Virus record (IMG/VR): IMGVR_UViG_3300038758_000031
Length of the DNA: 5,051 nucleotides
Source: a virus
Strand: one strand, 5' to 3'
The position numbers and the translations under genes are program-made. The notes beneath the pieces are model-generated. The model saw only the letters and a program-made list of their open reading frames with translations. It did no database searches and was not told the origin of the DNA. How positions within the stretch are numbered: position 1 is the first letter of the stretch; every line of letters begins with the position of its first letter. This document shows positions 1-4,127 of the stretch, piece by piece.

Positions 1-99
1 TAGTTTTGCTAGTTCTTCATCGTTAAAGCTTAGTGTTACGAATTGTCCTCTTTTATCGTGTCTTATTTCTTCTTGTAGTCTTACTTGCCACTGTCTTTT
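1..99. repeat. Terminal redundancy, copy 1. Identical to 4953..5051, marking a circular genome of 4952 nt.
   Basis: Base-by-base comparison shows 1..99 equals 4953..5051 with no mismatch. The minus-strand reading frame of the Rep gene runs through the junction without a stop. Confidence 0.95.
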
Positions 100-243
100 C
101 TTCTGTTTTTTACACTCCATACATTTTCCACATCCTACTGGTACGTATCGTGTTCTCTCATCTTTTATTTTTGGTATTATTCCCTTATTCTTTTTTGTCT
201 TTGTGTATTTTCTGTTTAGTATTATTGTCGGATAAAGGCACAT
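1..243 (-). CDS. VP4: Replication initiation protein (Microviridae VP4, HUH rolling-circle endonuclease), N-terminal 81 codons. Continues at 4952 on the circle; the full gene is join(243..1, 4952..4128), 355 aa.
   Basis: Hand translation of the minus strand gives an ATG at 243..241, preceded by an in-frame TAA at 258..256. It reads MCLYPTIILNRKYTKTKKNKGIIPKIKDERTRYVPVGCGKCMECKKQKKRQWQVRLQEEIRHDKRGQFVTLSFNDEELAKL. This is the typical microvirus Rep N-terminus: MC..P at the start, a GCGKCxxC cysteine cluster, and RCR motif 1 FVTLSF at 25..42. It is in frame with the 4128..5051 segment. Confidence 0.9.
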   Translation of the reverse strand, partial: MCLYPTIILNRKYTKTKKNKGIIPKIKDERTRYVPVGCGKCMECKKQKKRQWQVRLQEEIRHDKRGQFVTLSFNDEELAKL

Positions 244-257
244 TCTTTTTTTGTTTT

Positions 258-291
258 AGGGGCAAATTCACGTTAGTGATCATGCCCCGTT
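258..291 (-). repeat. 34-nt perfect repeat core, copy A (hairpin-forming). Lies in the VP2-Rep intergenic spacer 244..295.
   Basis: aggggcaaattcacgttagtgatcatgccccgtt is identical to 1644..1677. An outer inverted repeat GGGGCA/TGCCCC and an inner one TCAC/GTGA surround a 4-nt apex. The ORF track also shows it as the shared peptide RGKFTLVIMPR in two unrelated plus-strand ORFs. Confidence 0.95.
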
Positions 292-295
292 TAAC

Positions 296-1207
296 TTAAT
301 ATTTCCCTAGTCCTCTAATGACTGTCGGTGCCTTAGCTAGTAGGTCTGCTATTACTTTTTGTGGTAATAATTTTATTAATTTTTCCACTGCCGTTAGTCC
401 TCCCAAAGTCCATATTATTGTTCCTTGTTCTACTCCCGTTTGTTCTGATAGGTATTGAATTGTTTTTGCTATTATACCGTCATTTCTGTTCAGTCCTGTT
501 TCCTTCATCCATTGTAAATCTTTTTCAGATATCTCTGTATTCGCTATTGCTTGTCCTGTTTGTGCATCTTGTAGTCCTTCCGTTACCTTCATTAACTGTC
601 TTTTGCTTGCTTCTGTTAAGCCTTGTTCTGTGTTCAGTTTTGCTTTGCTTATACTTTCTTGTACTTGTTGTACTAGTGCTTTGGCTTGTTGATTATTTAA
701 CTTAGTCTTACTTCCACTTTCTTCTGCTTTATATCCTCCTATCGCTTCTGCTTCTGCGTCGTTTTTGTTTGCCTGGCTTTTCGCTACTTCTATTTGCGCT
801 TTGCTCATTGCTACATTTAATGCGCTTTGTATGTCTATTGGTTGTGGGCTTGGTGCGTTTCCACTTTGTGCACTTCCTCCGCTTTGACTTCCTGTTGTTC
901 CTCCCGCTCCCGCACTTCCGTATATTAAACCAGGATTTAATCCCGCTTCTTTTAACATTTCTACTTGTGCTGGGTAGTTTGTCTTTTTCCACATATCATA
1001 TTGTAAGTCTGCTCCTTGTTGGTTCAGTCTCATTTGGTTTCGGCTTTGTATTCCCATTAGTGTTTCCTGGTTTTCCATTGCTCGTCTTTCTCGTCTGTTT
1101 TGTCCTAACATTCCTATTAGTCCGCTTCCCAGTCCTATTGCTGTTTGTGTCCAATCCATTTGGTTTGTGTTTGTTGGTGTTCCTGTTGTACTATATCCGC
1201 TTGGCAT
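296..1207 (-). CDS. VP2: Minor capsid / DNA pilot protein (Microviridae VP2, H-like), 303 aa.
   Basis: ATG-to-TAA ORF on the coding strand. It has a glycine-zipper-like N-terminal segment AIGLGSGLIGMLG, the motif YPAQVEMLKEAGLNPGLIYG that I recognise from gokushovirus/alpavirus VP2 proteins, a Gly/Ser/Ala low-complexity linker, and a long Q/K/E-rich probably helical region. It sits downstream of VP1, as in related phages. Confidence 0.85.
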   Translation of the reverse strand: MPSGYSTTGTPTNTNQMDWTQTAIGLGSGLIGMLGQNRRERRAMENQETLMGIQSRNQMRLNQQGADLQYDMWKKTNYPAQVEMLKEAGLNPGLIYGSAGAGGTTGSQSGGSAQSGNAPSPQPIDIQSALNVAMSKAQIEVAKSQANKNDAEAEAIGGYKAEESGSKTKLNNQQAKALVQQVQESISKAKLNTEQGLTEASKRQLMKVTEGLQDAQTGQAIANTEISEKDLQWMKETGLNRNDGIIAKTIQYLSEQTGVEQGTIIWTLGGLTAVEKLIKLLPQKVIADLLAKAPTVIRGLGKY

Positions 1208-1226
1208 TTTTTTCGTGCTTTTTTGT

Positions 1227-1267
1227 AAAAAGCGTGTATTTACGTCTTGATATATATAAATACACGC
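1227..1267 (-). terminator. Hairpin with an 11-bp perfect stem followed by T5 on the coding strand. Candidate intrinsic terminator or attenuator, or an mRNA or ssDNA structural element.
   Basis: gcgtgtattta (1232..1242) is the exact reverse complement of taaatacacgc (1257..1267), with a 14-nt loop. On the minus strand the stem is followed directly by TTTTT (1231..1227). It lies in the 74-nt spacer between the 115-aa ORF stop (1282) and the VP2 ATG (1207). Confidence 0.4.
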
Positions 1268-1281
1268 GTACTACTCTGTTA

Positions 1282-1629
1282 TTACTCCGTTTTACCTTGT
1301 ATTGACTTATCTTCGATAATATCTCCCTTATCTTCTGTTTTAAGTTTTACTACTTTTCCTTTTCCTTCTCTTTTAGCTAGTTTGCTTTTACTTACTGTAT
1401 CCATTGCATCACATGCTACCTCGAATCTGTCTGTACGTATGTTATATGCTTCCATAACTCCGTCTTTTCTTTCCGTAAATATTTCACTTGCTCCGTCTGT
1501 TATCGGTTCATTATTATCCAATAATCTTGCCACTTTCTGTTCGATTCTTTCTCCTTCTACTGTTTCAATTCTTGTTAGTTGACTTCTTGTTCCTTGTTTT
1601 GCTTTGTTATATGCTTTTATTTTGCTCAT
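1282..1629 (-). CDS. Hypothetical protein, 115 aa, between VP1 and VP2. Possibly a scaffolding or structural accessory protein; function not established.
   Basis: ATG-to-TAA ORF on the same strand as all other genes, filling the VP1-VP2 gap. The segment EPITDGASEIFTERKDGVMEAYNIRTDRFEVA resembles a motif I recall from uncharacterised proteins of gut microviruses. The C-terminus is Lys-rich. The start is preceded by an A-rich leader and repeat copy B. Confidence 0.7.
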   Translation of the reverse strand: MSKIKAYNKAKQGTRSQLTRIETVEGERIEQKVARLLDNNEPITDGASEIFTERKDGVMEAYNIRTDRFEVACDAMDTVSKSKLAKREGKGKVVKLKTEDKGDIIEDKSIQGKTE

Positions 1630-1643
1630 TATTTTTTATTTTA

Positions 1644-1677
1644 AGGGGCAAATTCACGTTAGTGATCATGCCCCGTT
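1644..1677 (-). repeat. 34-nt perfect repeat core, copy B (hairpin-forming). Lies in the VP1-ORF115 intergenic spacer 1630..1681.
   Basis: Identical to 258..291. It has the same geometry as copy A: 4 nt from the upstream stop codon (1682..1684) and 14 nt from the downstream ATG (1629..1627). Confidence 0.95.
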
Positions 1678-1681
1678 ATTT

Positions 1682-3658
1682 TTATAAATTTGGAATTATT
1701 TTCGCACTCATTTTTCTTCTCGCAGTTATTCTTTTTGAGATTTGCACCCAAAAGTTCTGTGCATCTAATTGCGTTTGCGCAAATATTTGATTGAATTTTG
1801 TTGGGTCTATGTATGTTGTTAAATCTTCTATTTCTCCTGTACTATTATTTTTAGTATATCTTCTGTTTAATGTCATAAACATTTCACTTTCTTCTGCGAA
1901 GTTTCCATACGTTCTGTTCACTGCAGTCATGTAGTTTATCCATGCTGGTTGTTTTCCCGCACTTGAGAAAGTGCTTGTTCCATTACTTGCGTTTTGACTT
2001 GTATCAGTCCAACTCATTTGGTCTGTTATTAAGTCCTGGTATCCTATTCCGTCCAAACTTGGTTTGTGAAAATCTTCCATTGTCTCCAGGTTTACGTCCC
2101 ATTTGTTTCCTTGTGAATAGTCCACTCTTGGCGTTAAGCTCACAATTCCCATTATATATGATGGTTCATCTACTTTAATTACCATTTTTCCTCCTTTGTT
2201 CTTTCCTGTTAGTTTTCCTCGTCCCGCTAGACTTCCCAATGGTTGGTCTGTCGTTTCTGCGTTACTTACTACTTCCTGGAATGCTAACTCTTTTATAAGG
2301 CTTCCATGATATACTGGACTTTCTACGCTTTTACTTCTTTCATGTGTATATACTGCGTCTAACCAGTCATCATAACTTCCTCCACTTATTGCCACTCTGT
2401 TTAACATTTCATAAACTTTCTGTGCTAAGTTTAAACTGTCTATTGTGAAACTATCCCCTGTCGTATCTACTCTTGTTACTTCGTTGATTCCGTTTGTTCC
2501 GTCAATCCATTCTGTTTCAATCCAGTTATTGAATAAATCACTTTGATATGTTTTTAGTCCCAGTCCTTCTTGTGTATATTGGCAAGAATATGTTTTGTTT
2601 TCATTTGTTCCAAAATTTTTCATTGGGAAGCAATATGGCGTTGCTACACTTTCAGTTATTGTGTATACTCCACTTGCGAACGGATACTGTAATATGTTCT
2701 CGCGCATCTTGTCTATGTTTTCTAATGGAAATTCTGCCAATGATATTTGTGCTCCTGTTCCTCCTTCTGTTCCTACTGGATTGTCTGTAACGACCCAGGT
2801 TGTACTGCCACTATCGTCTCTACATTCTGTGCAGTTGAATCTCGATAAGTTTGGTTCCCATACTACACTGTCCCATAATTCTGTTGGATTGTATGTTGTT
2901 CCTCCTACTACTACGTCTATGTCTGTTACATCTGGTTCATTTGTTCCGTCTGGAAAATTTATCCTTAATACTGTGTCATAGTCTGCAGTATATCCCGCTT
3001 GTCCTATTCCTAGAATATCTCCTACTACTTCATTTGTATTTAATAGTATTGCACTATCCATGTCTGTCTCTCCACTACTGTCTGTGTGTATCGCGAAGCC
3101 TCTTTCTTCTTGTTTGTTTGCATAATAGTTTTTGTATATGTCCCAGTATGCTAAGTATGGTACTGCATTGAAGTATCTTTTTGCTGGGTTTGTAGAACCT
3201 GTTATTTTTCCCAGTCCGCTAATTCCTAAGTATTTGAATATACATGAACTATTAATCTGTTCGTTGTCTTCGAATGTCTGTACATAATCCGCATGGTTGT
3301 TTGTTAGTACTTTCACTCTTGGTAGAAATACTTCGCCCATTTTCATTCCTATTCCTAGTTTGTTCATGTGCAATCCCGCATTGTATAATCTAATCGGTAT
3401 TTGAAATACATCTAATTGCACTTTATAGCTTCCGAACAAAGGTCCTATCGTTGGTAATGTCATTACATTACAGTCTAGATCTATGTCCCAACTGTCACCA
3501 GGTAGTGCTAATTCGCTCATAAATGGTACTAGTGTTCCACTACTCATTGAACTTCTCCATGTACTACTCAAGTCATGTGTACTTCTGCTAAATGTTTTTA
3601 AATTTACATTTTCTTTGTTTCCGCTTCCTAGTCGGTTTCCTCCTATTGCTACTTTCAT
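1682..3658 (-). CDS. VP1: Major capsid protein (Microviridae VP1, F-like), 658 aa.
   Basis: Longest ORF in the window. The N-terminal region RSTHDLSSTWRSSMSSGTLVPFMSELALPGDSWDIDLDCNVMTLPTIGPLFGSYKVQLDVFQIPIRLYN and the later YWDIYKNYYANKQEE match conserved blocks of Alpavirinae/Gokushovirinae VP1 as I remember them. The large size (over 600 aa) is more Alpavirinae-like. Its ATG overlaps the stop of the upstream ORF (ATGA at 3658..3655). Confidence 0.93.
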   Translation of the reverse strand: MKVAIGGNRLGSGNKENVNLKTFSRSTHDLSSTWRSSMSSGTLVPFMSELALPGDSWDIDLDCNVMTLPTIGPLFGSYKVQLDVFQIPIRLYNAGLHMNKLGIGMKMGEVFLPRVKVLTNNHADYVQTFEDNEQINSSCIFKYLGISGLGKITGSTNPAKRYFNAVPYLAYWDIYKNYYANKQEERGFAIHTDSSGETDMDSAILLNTNEVVGDILGIGQAGYTADYDTVLRINFPDGTNEPDVTDIDVVVGGTTYNPTELWDSVVWEPNLSRFNCTECRDDSGSTTWVVTDNPVGTEGGTGAQISLAEFPLENIDKMRENILQYPFASGVYTITESVATPYCFPMKNFGTNENKTYSCQYTQEGLGLKTYQSDLFNNWIETEWIDGTNGINEVTRVDTTGDSFTIDSLNLAQKVYEMLNRVAISGGSYDDWLDAVYTHERSKSVESPVYHGSLIKELAFQEVVSNAETTDQPLGSLAGRGKLTGKNKGGKMVIKVDEPSYIMGIVSLTPRVDYSQGNKWDVNLETMEDFHKPSLDGIGYQDLITDQMSWTDTSQNASNGTSTFSSAGKQPAWINYMTAVNRTYGNFAEESEMFMTLNRRYTKNNSTGEIEDLTTYIDPTKFNQIFAQTQLDAQNFWVQISKRITARRKMSAKIIPNL

Positions 3659-3885
3659 TTGTTATCTGTTTTTAATTTTTCGTTTAATATCATCACTATT
3701 TGAATTATTCTGTTCCATGTTATTGCCTTACATTCTTTTTCTGCTTCTTCCTGGCTTTCGTACTTTTCTGTTATTCTATATTCGCCCAGTGTCGCAAAGT
3801 GTTCTTTTTCGTTTAAGCTTATTACTACGAATGGCGTGTTCTTTACTTCTGTTCTTCTTATTAGTTCTTCAGTTTCTGTACTCAT
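3655..3885 (-). CDS. Hypothetical protein, 76 aa.
   Basis: ATG-to-TGA ORF on the coding strand. It is linked by ATGA overlaps to the upstream ORF (3885..3882) and to VP1 (3658..3655). The N-terminus is acidic and I recognise no motif. Confidence 0.6.
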   Translation of the reverse strand: MSTETEELIRRTEVKNTPFVVISLNEKEHFATLGEYRITEKYESQEEAEKECKAITWNRIIQIVMILNEKLKTDNK

Positions 3886-4082
3886 AATAGTTTTAATTGA
3901 TTTGTTTTACATTTTATTTTTTGTACTATCTCCCCTGTTTCTTTATCTGCGTAAAGGGTTTCATACCATTGTGAGTTTATTTCCCGTCTTACTTTTATTC
4001 TTACGTTCCCGCAGTGTTTACATGTTCCTTTTTTATCCCATTGATGTGTTTTTCTTATTAATTGCTTGAATTGTTTTAACAT
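3882..4082 (-). CDS. Hypothetical protein, 66 aa, basic, with a CxxC element.
   Basis: ATG-to-TGA ORF on the coding strand, first gene after Rep, preceded by an A11 leader. It contains H-x7-CKHC and one distal Cys, so metal binding is possible but a classical 4-Cys site is not present. Confidence 0.55.
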   Translation of the reverse strand: MLKQFKQLIRKTHQWDKKGTCKHCGNVRIKVRREINSQWYETLYADKETGEIVQKIKCKTNQLKLL

Positions 4083-4127
4083 AATTTTTTTTTTTAAATA
4101 TACATAAAAATTGGTAAACAGTTTGTT

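Noticed and set aside
271-285. Resemblance of the hairpin apex region (coding strand CATGATCACTAAC) to the phiX174 origin nick region (TTGATATTAATAAC).
   Set aside because: Only the short strings TGAT and TAAC are shared. That is too little to support homology, and two nick sites per circle would be problematic.
258-291. The repeated hairpin as a classical rho-independent terminator for the VP2 and VP1 transcripts.
   Set aside because: On the coding strand the stem is followed by A-rich sequence (CCCCTAAAACAAAAAAAG and CCCCTTAAAATAAAAAAT) with no U-tract. A T-rich tail exists only on the non-coding strand. A 3-prime stabilising or processing role remains possible and is discussed in the findings.
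258-1677. The two 34-nt repeats as a minimal CRISPR array, or as inverted or direct repeats of a mobile element.
   Set aside because: There are only two copies, about 1.4 kb apart, in direct orientation, flanking essential structural genes (the 115-aa ORF and VP2). No transposase or cas genes are present and the rest of the genome is fully accounted for.
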